From: a virus | Taxonomy: Duplodnaviria; Heunggongvirae; Uroviricota; Caudoviricetes | IMG/VR virus record: IMGVR_UViG_2565956610_000009 | Coordinates: 1-29,055 of that record | Direction: 5' to 3' (one strand) | Length of the DNA stretch: 29,055 nt | Shown: positions 16,887 to 24,632 of the stretch, piece by piece | Layout of the letters: each line of letters opens with the position of its first letter | Position numbering within the stretch: the first letter of the stretch is position 1 | Notes under the pieces: model-generated | The model's input: only the letters and a program-made list of their open reading frames with translations | Database searches by the model: none | Told to the model about the DNA's origin: nothing | Program-made: the position numbers and the translations under genes

Positions 16887-17675
16887 TCAAAATGCTGAAT
16901 TAGCAACGGATATAGCCGACTTTTTCCCCATTACCATCAATTTATCCAGTGTCATACTTCGCAGATTGTCGCTGTGGATCACCAGATACCCTGCCCGCTC
17001 AGCGATCTCTTTGAAAGCGTCAAAGGTCATCAGATGTTCGCCTTTGGCAACATGGCGCATCCCGGTCACTTTTCCATTTTTGATAGTGGTGATAAAAGAA
17101 AAATCTGGAATGGTTGGGTGATTTTCATCGAGTAGCAGGCAGTGGATGTATTCAATCGCCTCTAACATTTGCGTCTGTGACAGTTGTTCTATGTGAGAGA
17201 CGGCGAAGCGTTGATGAATCATGGTGTAGGCATCGGGATACATCATGCCTTTCTTGCCGACCAGTATATTAACGGCATCACGCAAGGGAGTACGGTCATC
17301 GGTAGTTGTACTCCGCCTCTCTGGACGCTGGCTAAAATAACAATCTTCCAGCTTTTCGAAAACTTCCCAGGCCTGTTCTGTTTCCAGCATTTTGGCATGG
17401 CGAGCTGCGCCGCGTTCTGTCCAGAGAATGAGGGATCGGGTATGTTTAGCAACTGACTGACTATCTGTCAGTCTGTTTTTGAAGTCGCGTAATTCATTAC
17501 CTTCCAGCTTAAAAAAATGCTTTCCTACGACAAATCTGGCGATGTTGCGCTTGAAGTTTTGCTGGATACCATTTACTTCCGTGCCATACAAACTGGCAAG
17601 CAATTCAGTAGTGATGACGGGAAGTTGGTTATGATGTAGCGGAGAAAGGGATTCCGCAGATATTTGGACTGTCAT
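16887..17675 (-). CDS. Phage antirepressor, ORF6N-domain type
   Basis: N-terminal region fits the ORF6N pattern (LPVITTELLASLYGTEVNGIQQNFKRNIARFVVGKHFFKLEGNELRDFK); ATG at 17675 has GTGAGG SD; track start 17723 is TTG. Confidence 0.65.
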   Translation of the reverse strand: MTVQISAESLSPLHHNQLPVITTELLASLYGTEVNGIQQNFKRNIARFVVGKHFFKLEGNELRDFKNRLTDSQSVAKHTRSLILWTERGAARHAKMLETEQAWEVFEKLEDCYFSQRPERRSTTTDDRTPLRDAVNILVGKKGMMYPDAYTMIHQRFAVSHIEQLSQTQMLEAIEYIHCLLLDENHPTIPDFSFITTIKNGKVTGMRHVAKGEHLMTFDAFKEIAERAGYLVIHSDNLRSMTLDKLMVMGKKSAISVANSAF

Positions 17676-17947
17676 CGCAGTGGCCTCACTTAGTGTTTTT
17701 TTCATCACCACCAGCGACGCCAATCATCTGGTGGTGAGCTGTGCAGGGTTGGCGTAACCGGCTAAGTGAACCCGGCGCTTCCACAGAAGCCCCCACACAG
17801 CCCACCATAATGCGAATGTGGCCGTGCCTAACACATAAAAAAACCGCTAACGCGGCTATGCGTCACTTAGATATCCGGGACGCCAATCCCGGCAACCGAT
17901 TTTGCGGCTGCGCGGAAACTATAGCCCCGGACTTTTTCTAAGTCAAT

Positions 17948-18169
17948 TCAATCAACTTCAAACCTCCGGTGTTCACATTCCATACACTCAACGGGAACAT
18001 CATCGCGATGCAAGTCCACATATCCGACCCGCTTATACAACTCAATAATGTCCGGTAACGTGACCAGATGTTTTTCCGGTTCCAACACCTCAGCCCGGGT
18101 TACTTTGTAATCTGAAATATAGAGCACTATCCGCCCGTTCCGTGGTAACTCCAGTTTATCGCCAAACAT
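17948..18169 (-). CDS. Hypothetical early protein (73 aa)
   Basis: ATG with GGAGGGAAAGGA SD; no family recognised. Confidence 0.5.
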   Translation of the reverse strand: MFGDKLELPRNGRIVLYISDYKVTRAEVLEPEKHLVTLPDIIELYKRVGYVDLHRDDVPVECMECEHRRFEVD

Positions 18170-18356
18170 GTCCTTTCCCTCCGGGAAACCAATGATATTG
18201 ACGATATTACACCCACAACGATTCGTTTTACGTCACTCCGCAATCACCATACATCCGTACCAATCCGTACATTCCCACCACAAAAACGATATTTGACAGG
18301 CACTGGTAATAGATTTTTAACGCGTGCTATTGCCTTGCGACGTATTTTCAATTCAC

Positions 18357-18581
18357 TCATACAGCCTCCCTGCTCTCAAACGGACGAATATTGGTTGGTT
18401 CTCCACACGGAATAGCCCAACCCAGCCAGGTAAATATTTTCAGGTCACACATCGCGTCATACCGTTCGCCAGGATTCACATCCACCATGCTGCAGGCAAT
18501 TTCATATTGTTCACCATTATCAGTCAGTGCGATCTGGTCATTAATAAACCGGGGCACAAATGCAAGAAAAAGTTCTTTCAT
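18357..18581 (-). CDS. Hypothetical early protein (74 aa)
   Basis: ATG with GGAG SD; start overlaps the upstream gene stop. Confidence 0.5.
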   Translation of the reverse strand: MKELFLAFVPRFINDQIALTDNGEQYEIACSMVDVNPGERYDAMCDLKIFTWLGWAIPCGEPTNIRPFESREAV

Positions 18582-18889
18582 GAAATTCTCCGCTCAAAAT
18601 AAACAAACTGATTCACCGCTCCGATCGGCATTTCGAGTTTTTCTGCGATATCCTGGCGATTAATACCCGACTGATGTAATTCCCTTGCCAGCTCGATATC
18701 TTCCTGGAGGTATTTCACTGACTGGTGATAATTACCCCGCAGATACATACAGATTTTCAGCTCGCGCGCTTTTGTGCGTACCGCTGCACCGGTTCTGCCA
18801 ATAAGCTGCCCTATACGTTCAACTGTCATGCTGCCCGCACATTGTTTGATGATTACGACTTCCGCACGCACCCACCGTTTGTATTTCAT
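18578..18889 (-). CDS. Putative DNA-binding protein (103 aa)
   Basis: Two HTH-like segments; stop-start overlaps with neighbours indicate an operon. Confidence 0.5.
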   Translation of the reverse strand: MKYKRWVRAEVVIIKQCAGSMTVERIGQLIGRTGAAVRTKARELKICMYLRGNYHQSVKYLQEDIELARELHQSGINRQDIAEKLEMPIGAVNQFVYFERRIS

Positions 18890-19122
18890 TGTTCCATCAC
18901 CCCTCTCCAGTAGTTCAGACGCTCTCTGAAAAATTCCCGGTACGTATCTGGCGTCATTCCGATTTGCTCAATCACGCTTCCCCTCGGAATACGTTTCTCA
19001 AAGAGTTGGCGGATCAGCGCCGCCGCTCGCATGTCGTAGTGCTCTTTAAGCTGGTATTCCTGGGGCCATTTGGCGCGGTTGTGTGGTAAGCCGGGCGGCA
19101 GGTAATCTGATTGCCCGGCCAT
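18886..19122 (-). CDS. Hypothetical early protein (78 aa)
   Basis: ATG with AGGGG SD; overlapping stop/start arrangement. Confidence 0.5.
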   Translation of the reverse strand: MAGQSDYLPPGLPHNRAKWPQEYQLKEHYDMRAAALIRQLFEKRIPRGSVIEQIGMTPDTYREFFRERLNYWRGVMEQ

Positions 19123-19123
19123 A

Positions 19124-19534
19124 TCACGCCCCTTTCTTTGCTATCGGAGTGATGGAACTCAGCAGCAGGCGGCAGCGACCAGGCGCGCCAATGCGCTGCC
19201 CGGTTATCTTGTCGTAAGTTTCATGCGGTGAGGCACACCAGGTTGTCGCTGTTTCGTGGAGTTTCACTTGCCGCTCACCATTTCTGCGAATCGCGATCCC
19301 GGTGTGCGTTTTGCCCTTACGTTTCACTGCTGGCGCTGCGGCTACGGATGCCTGACGGGCAGGCTTAGCAGGGGTTGAAAAATTGCCTGCTTTAGGTCTT
19401 GGCACAAAAACCGCGCGAGTGCGCGCACGTGGCCCGACGTTCATATTCCACAAAATGACGTCGAGATAGTTTTTACCGTCGTCTATGTGTCCTTTGTCCG
19501 ACGGGTACTCTAATTTGCCTGGAGTGGTGGTCAT
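19124..19534 (-). CDS. Hypothetical early protein (136 aa)
   Basis: ATG preceded by CGAGGAAAGACCA, a motif repeated at several gene starts in this element; no family recognised. Confidence 0.5.
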   Translation of the reverse strand: MTTTPGKLEYPSDKGHIDDGKNYLDVILWNMNVGPRARTRAVFVPRPKAGNFSTPAKPARQASVAAAPAVKRKGKTHTGIAIRRNGERQVKLHETATTWCASPHETYDKITGQRIGAPGRCRLLLSSITPIAKKGA

Positions 19535-19572
19535 TGGTCTTTCCTCGGTTATTTCACGCTGGTCAGGCGTGG

Positions 19573-20988
19573 TTAAAATTCATTTGTGCGAGAATTATCG
19601 CTACGGGAATAACGTTTATTTTTTTCTGAGCGGTCGTTGGTAAGGCGATAAACCTCCTCATCGCTGATATCAATAACTGAGCCATTTTTCATCAGGGCAT
19701 AGGCTGTTCCCGATGGTCCTTCGCGGTTCAGACGTAGCAACATTTCCATGAGATTTGGGTCGGCATTTTCGTTATAAACAGCATCACGATAGAGGCCAAT
19801 CCAGACATCGCAATCTTGTTCGATCTGCCCGGTATCTTTACTGTCGCTCGGGTTAGGCCGCTTATCGGCACGTTCTTCAAGCTTTCGGTTGAGTTGCGTC
19901 AGCAGGACCACAACACAATCCAGCTCTTTTGCCAGGTTCTTCAAACCGGTTGTGATATCGCCATACGCAATATCCCTACGCTCTGCCGATTCGGTCTTCA
20001 TCAGCGTCAAATAGTCAATTGCCACCAGGCCAACCGAGCCACGCATCCGTTTAACTTTTCGACATTCAGCGACAATATGCGCAAGGGTTACACCTGCCGT
20101 GCTGTCAATCATCATGTTGGATTCGGCAATCTCCCCCGCCTTTGCTATTGCGAGACTCAATTCAGATTCATCGTTAGGGCCAAGATAAAAAATCTCCGAA
20201 TTGACCTTTGCTTCCTGCGCAACCATGCGTTCAATGAGACTTCTGTCAGTCATTTCCAGGCTAAATACCAGCGTCGGCAAACGATGATTCAGAGCAAAAT
20301 GCACCGCAATTTTATTAAACGCGGCTGTCTTGCCCATTTTTGGCCGGGCACCAATAACGACCAATGAACCTCTTAACGCCTGCTTTGGTGCCATTAAGCG
20401 ATCAAGGCTTTCGATTCCGAGCGTTAGTCCGGCTGCATGTGCTGGATCATTGAAACGGCGCTCAAGGTCATCTATCCAGTCATCGACGACTTCACTTGCC
20501 GGACGCAAACCGCCCTTATGCCCGGTACGGGAATGTTCGGCCACCTGCCCAATCACTTGCTGAACGGCGGTGATCCTGTCAGTAGCAGTCATATCTGCAG
20601 GCTGGATCATAATCTCCAGACAAGAATTCAACTTTTCCACGGCATAACGAAGAATGGCTTTTTCACGTACAATTTTCGCGTAGTTGACCATTGAGGCCGG
20701 AATCGCCGCCTTACTCATTTCAGCCAGGTATGCGAATCCCCCCACGCGCTCATACAGCCCCTTCGATTCCATCAGTTCGGTCAGTGTTATCAGGTCAGTT
20801 GGTTTATCAGCTTGAAATAATCCTTTGATCTCCCGGTAGATAACCTGATGCGCATTGATATAAAACGTTTCCGGTTTCAGTAACGCAAATACCGCATTGG
20901 TTCTGTCGTGGTCGGTATTCAGCATCAGACAGCCCAGAACAGCCTGTTCTGCGTCAACGCTGTACAGTGCAATCGCGTTATTTATCAT
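19573..20988 (-). CDS. Replicative DNA helicase, DnaB family
   Basis: Walker A GARPKMGKTA, IDYLTLM and other DnaB-like motifs; probable start at ATG 20988 (MINNAIAL, SD AGGAAG); track start 21015 lacks an SD. Confidence 0.85.
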   Translation of the reverse strand: MINNAIALYSVDAEQAVLGCLMLNTDHDRTNAVFALLKPETFYINAHQVIYREIKGLFQADKPTDLITLTELMESKGLYERVGGFAYLAEMSKAAIPASMVNYAKIVREKAILRYAVEKLNSCLEIMIQPADMTATDRITAVQQVIGQVAEHSRTGHKGGLRPASEVVDDWIDDLERRFNDPAHAAGLTLGIESLDRLMAPKQALRGSLVVIGARPKMGKTAAFNKIAVHFALNHRLPTLVFSLEMTDRSLIERMVAQEAKVNSEIFYLGPNDESELSLAIAKAGEIAESNMMIDSTAGVTLAHIVAECRKVKRMRGSVGLVAIDYLTLMKTESAERRDIAYGDITTGLKNLAKELDCVVVLLTQLNRKLEERADKRPNPSDSKDTGQIEQDCDVWIGLYRDAVYNENADPNLMEMLLRLNREGPSGTAYALMKNGSVIDISDEEVYRLTNDRSEKNKRYSRSDNSRTNEF

Positions 20989-21733
20989 TTGCGCGTTCTT
21001 CCTTGACCGAAACATAGCAGCGTTCGGTAATCAGATAATCAAGATTTTTACGCCGCCAGAATCCTCCCCTGCCATTTGGCCTGTCCTCCAGCATCCAGCG
21101 ACAATTGCCACCGATAAATTCCAGATAGGCCCGCCAACGGGACTCATTGAAATTGAATTTTTTCCAGAAAGTGCGAAGGTGTTTTTTTCTGCCGTCAGTG
21201 AGGATTTTCACTGGTGGCATCTCTGGCAAAATCTCGTGATAGGTATCGAGTATCACCTGATAATTTATTCTCTGGTCGGCAGGTTGTTGGGTGTCGGCGT
21301 CAGCCGATTCACCATCAGTAATAATCTCTGTAGTATTCTCTGTAAGAATGTTTGTTGGTTTTCCACGTACAGGCCTGGTGGTTTTCCCCTCACCTGTATG
21401 TGGTTTTTCCGCATCCTTGTATGCGGACGTAAGTAGCTGGCACAACACATCATTATCGATTTTGTAGTACAGCCTGGCAGGCAAGCCCTGTTTACGTTCC
21501 AGCAAGACGCCGAGACCACGTAGTTTTTTGCGCGCGCCCTCCTGCTCGTATCGTGAAAGCCCTGTTTCCTCTTCCCACTCATCCTGGGTTTTATATACCC
21601 AGCCGTCGTCAGTTGTTCTGTTTGTCCAGTACGTCAACTGCGACAGAAACAATGCGGCAGTCACGCCCATTTCAAGACGGATAAAACTTCTCTGGAAGGC
21701 TATGGGTCTATCAAGTAACGGGAGGATGTTCAT
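20978..21733 (-). CDS. Putative replication initiation protein (O-like / replisome organiser)
   Basis: 251-aa ORF directly upstream of and overlapping the helicase gene, downstream of the cII/cro-like region; assignment mainly by synteny. Confidence 0.5.
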   Translation of the reverse strand: MNILPLLDRPIAFQRSFIRLEMGVTAALFLSQLTYWTNRTTDDGWVYKTQDEWEEETGLSRYEQEGARKKLRGLGVLLERKQGLPARLYYKIDNDVLCQLLTSAYKDAEKPHTGEGKTTRPVRGKPTNILTENTTEIITDGESADADTQQPADQRINYQVILDTYHEILPEMPPVKILTDGRKKHLRTFWKKFNFNESRWRAYLEFIGGNCRWMLEDRPNGRGGFWRRKNLDYLITERCYVSVKEERANDK

Positions 21734-21954
21734 ATGCCCAAAGCCTCTGAGAGAACGCGACAGCCAGCCTCATAGGCAGCGCCAGAGAGATTTTGCTCAC
21801 GCAGTTTCGCTTTTTCTTCTTCGTACTTTTCCCATACAGAACGTGCAGCTGCGACGCGGCCATCGAATATGGGGCGGATCTCTGCAACATGTGCCGGGCG
21901 TCCATTCAGGTGCCAGCCGTTACGCCAGGTAATGCGGTCAATATGTCTTAACAT
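21730..21954 (-). CDS. Hypothetical protein (74 aa)
   Basis: ATG at 21954 preceded by CGAGGAAAGACCG; stop overlaps the start of the O-like gene. Confidence 0.45.
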   Translation of the reverse strand: MLRHIDRITWRNGWHLNGRPAHVAEIRPIFDGRVAAARSVWEKYEEEKAKLREQNLSGAAYEAGCRVLSEALGI

Positions 21955-21993
21955 CGGTCTTTCCTCGGTATAAGTTAAACGCTGGTCAGGCGC

Positions 21994-22470
21994 TCATGCA
22001 TGGTGGTCTTGCGCAGTGCGTATCACTGCTCCTCGCGTCGCTACCAGCGCCGCTATTGCTTCGTCAATTTCCTGAATAGTTAACTCTGGCGCGAAGTGGA
22101 GATGTACAGCGTTAATCGCTTCCACCCCTTCTTTTGCCGCCAGCGTTGCCAGCAAAACGGGATCGCCCGGCGACTCCAGACGTGCCCGCCGTTCTGCGGG
22201 TAGCACGGCTTTCATCACACTGGCCAGCACCTGAGTTTTTCGGCGCGCCGCCGTTGTCTCGCCACGTAACCAGCGAAAGATTTTCTGCCGATTGTTGTTG
22301 ATGGCTCTCCAGTCCACGTTGCCGTCCGCGTCCTCAAATTCATGTAGTCTCAACTCATCATTGCGTCCCTGACTGAACCAGGCCCGGCAGATTTCAATCG
22401 TGACGAGTTCCTGCCCTGCCCTTGCCGCCCAGGTCAAAATCTCTTTTTGTAATTCCTCTTGGTTTTCCAT
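21994..22470 (-). CDS. YdaT-family protein (functional CII analogue in Rac-type switches)
   Basis: 158-aa ORF directly downstream of the Cro-like gene; motif IFRWLRGETTAARRKTQVLASVMKAVLPAERRARL resembles YdaT proteins; SD AGGAG. Confidence 0.55.
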   Translation of the reverse strand: MENQEELQKEILTWAARAGQELVTIEICRAWFSQGRNDELRLHEFEDADGNVDWRAINNNRQKIFRWLRGETTAARRKTQVLASVMKAVLPAERRARLESPGDPVLLATLAAKEGVEAINAVHLHFAPELTIQEIDEAIAALVATRGAVIRTAQDHHA

Positions 22471-22528
22471 AGCGTCTCCTGTCGCTAAAAATTGATTACG
22501 CTTAATCAGATTTGGGGCTCACCAACAG

Positions 22529-22759
22529 TTAAGCTGCTTCCGTTTTAGGCAAGCTGTCATCTGGGTTTGGGTAAAGATCCGGTCTAAGATCATGAGGGGT
22601 CACGCGCCATTCAAGAGCTTCAGATGTGCGCAAAACCTCTTCACCGGGAACCCGTCCTTTGAACCAGAGGCTTACCGTTTGTGGTTTTTTCCCTAATCGC
22701 CGCCCTAACTCGGATTGACTCATTACGGAAAGAATTTTGTCTTGCAGTTGTTTATCCAT
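22529..22759 (-). CDS. Cro/YdaS-like HTH regulator
   Basis: ATG at 22759 with AGGAG SD; HTH segment SQSELGRRLGKKPQTVSLWFKG; divergent from the repressor gene across an operator-containing intergenic region. Confidence 0.65.
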   Translation of the reverse strand: MDKQLQDKILSVMSQSELGRRLGKKPQTVSLWFKGRVPGEEVLRTSEALEWRVTPHDLRPDLYPNPDDSLPKTEAA

Positions 22760-22785
22760 ATGGACTCCTTGTGTCCGCGTCATCA

Positions 22786-22823
22786 TTACAAACAATAACT
22801 GTAATTACAAATTATATTTGCAA
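22786..22823. promoter_or_regulatory. Candidate tandem operators in the divergent promoter region
   Basis: Two adjacent 19-bp sites built on TTACAA half-sites: TTACAAACAATAACTGTAA and TTACAAATTATATTTGCAA. Confidence 0.45.
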
Positions 22824-22857
22824 TGCTCCCTACAATTAAACCTTGTATCCTTACGGT

Positions 22858-23271
22858 ATGAACACAAAAACGAAAAACATGGCTTTTGCTAGCCGACTAC
22901 AACGGATTCTAAAAGACTTAGGCTGGTCTCAATCTGAGTTAGCTCGCCATATTGGGGTTACGGCTCAATCAGTTCAGGCATGGTGTAATGGGGTAACTCC
23001 AAGAAAAGATAAATTAGACAAGCTAGCAAAAGTGACCGGATACCCTGTTCATTTTTTCTTCATGAATGAAGGGGAATATTTGGATGAATCCACACTACAC
23101 CCGGGTAATTACAATCAAGAACTAACCCCGCAAGAACAGGCTCTACTGCAACTATTCAGAGGACTGCCTGAGAGCGAAAAAAATAAATTAATCAATGAGC
23201 TAAAAGAAAAAAGAGAGCACTTCGATCTACTGCTAAAAGAACTACTTGAAGCCAAAAACCAGACAAAATAG
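22858..23271 (+). CDS. Prophage repressor, RacR-like HTH (XRE family) without S24 autoprotease domain
   Basis: HTH segment GWSQSELARHIGVTAQSVQAWCNG; about 137 aa, too short for a LexA-like cleavage domain; first ATG at 22858 has no SD (possibly leaderless); track start 22843 is TTG. Confidence 0.6.
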   Translation: MNTKTKNMAFASRLQRILKDLGWSQSELARHIGVTAQSVQAWCNGVTPRKDKLDKLAKVTGYPVHFFFMNEGEYLDESTLHPGNYNQELTPQEQALLQLFRGLPESEKNKLINELKEKREHFDLLLKELLEAKNQTK

Positions 23272-23390
23272 TTCAGTTCAAATTTCCAGGCCAGCCGCTG
23301 CTGGCATGCAACTTTCCCCTAACACAAAAACACCTTTACACAGTGAATATTTTTTTGCCCCTCACTACAAATTATTTTTTAAAAACACAT

Positions 23391-23419
23391 TGACCATTAC
23401 AAATACAAATTGTAAAGTC
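23391..23419 (+). promoter_or_regulatory. Candidate early-left promoter with embedded operator
   Basis: TTGACC-N17-TAAAGT with a third TTACAAATACAAATTGTAA site (23397-23415) in the spacer, 120 bp after the repressor stop. Confidence 0.35.
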
Positions 23420-23815
23420 ACTTTCATCAACAACGCTTACCCAGCGGCAGTTGTTCAGAAACACGTTCTGACAGCCGGAAAGACGGCACCAAATTTTGCG
23501 CGTCGGCGCCAACACGGTGACAGAGGGAAAGACTTCACCGGCATATGGCACATGTGTCGAAGCGGTCTGGATGGAAGCGGAGCCTTAACGCGTTGTCTCC
23601 ATAGCAGGTAGCCGGAATGTGCAAGCCACAGCCAGGTATGAGCGATTGATTCACCATCAAGGCGATACGGTGTGACCACCAGGGAAGAGTCCTGGCTACA
23701 ACACGAGAGCGCACTTCATCGACTCAACTTTGAGCTTTGTCGTTAAATTTTGAAATGGCGGAGTGCGCTCCCGGTTGTGGTGAACAGGTGTTTAACGGGA
23801 ACTCCCTGCCCGTTA

Positions 23816-23832
23816 CCCGGTTCGATTCCGGG
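23816..23832 (+). other. tRNA-like T-arm motif (not a complete tRNA)
   Basis: CCCGG-TTCGATT-CCGGG contains the canonical GGTTCGATTCC T-loop with a 5-bp stem; flanks give only 5 of 7 acceptor pairs and no CCA. Confidence 0.25.
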
Positions 23833-24173
23833 CGCCCATCATCAATTTGCTGTGTTTAGTCTTTGCCCAGTCCGCACGATGGGCCATTTTTTCACACAGC
23901 CAGGTTTTATCGCTGTGCCTGAGTCCCCAACAGGAGAGGCCAAACCCGCAGCGTGACACCAGGGAAAGACCGGAGGAAGTACCACGCCTGACCAGCGTTG
24001 ACCATGAGCCTGACCAGCTCAAAACAGGAAAGACCAGCCCGGGCCTGACCAGCCCTGTACGGTCGTAATGGAAACATAACGACGCCGGAAACGTAACCGG
24101 CACCCTTTAGATAGCAAAAGACCCGCACAAGGCGGGCCAGTTACCCCGAACGGCGACCAAACCATTCGGATTT

Positions 24174-24197
24174 ATCACAAGTGACCAAACTTGTGAT
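24174..24197. promoter_or_regulatory. Perfect 9-bp inverted repeat
   Basis: ATCACAAGT-GACCAA-ACTTGTGAT in the untranslated leader upstream of the 24282 gene. Confidence 0.4.
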
Positions 24198-24281
24198 GAG
24201 GAAAGACCAACGACACTGACGCTATGGAAGCTGATCAATATTCGCTGATCGGCTCTGAGTATACATTACCAAGGAGTCGCT

Positions 24282-24602
24282 ATGGAAGCGCGCACCATCC
24301 CAGTAACACTCTTTATTCATTATGCAACTTCAACTTTCAGCCACGAAAAGCTGCTTGTTGCGACTGTTGATATGTCAAAAAATTTTCCAGACAGGTACAT
24401 CCTTCTGGAAAGCCGCGAAATTGAAATTACCGTTAACCAGCCCGAGCCAATCGACATCATCGGTTTACAGGTCGAGCAACTGCGTGAACAAAAACAGAAA
24501 ACAGTCGCCGACGCCCAACAGCGTATTGCTGCTATCGATGACAAAATCCAGCAGTTACTTTGCATCGAATACACGCCAGATACCGATGAGCTCCCCTACT
24601 AA
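24282..24602 (+). CDS. Hypothetical protein (106 aa), first gene of the early-left operon
   Basis: ATG with AAGGAG SD; not Arg-rich, so not N-like; no family recognised. Confidence 0.55.
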   Translation: MEARTIPVTLFIHYATSTFSHEKLLVATVDMSKNFPDRYILLESREIEITVNQPEPIDIIGLQVEQLREQKQKTVADAQQRIAAIDDKIQQLLCIEYTPDTDELPY

Positions 24603-24632
24603 AAACCACTGACCTGTAATGAGGAAAGACCA

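Noticed and set aside
23755-23840. Possible complete tRNA gene around the T-arm motif
   Set aside because: Only the T-arm is canonical; the acceptor stem pairs at 5 of 7 positions, no D-arm or CCA could be built by hand, so only a tRNA-like motif is reported. tRNAscan-SE could overturn this.
23455-24128. Five overlapping ORFs (60-96 aa) on both strands in the leader between repressor and early-left genes
   Set aside because: They overlap one another, lack SD sequences, and have Arg/Pro/Ser-rich low-complexity translations; the region is more likely non-coding regulatory or RNA.
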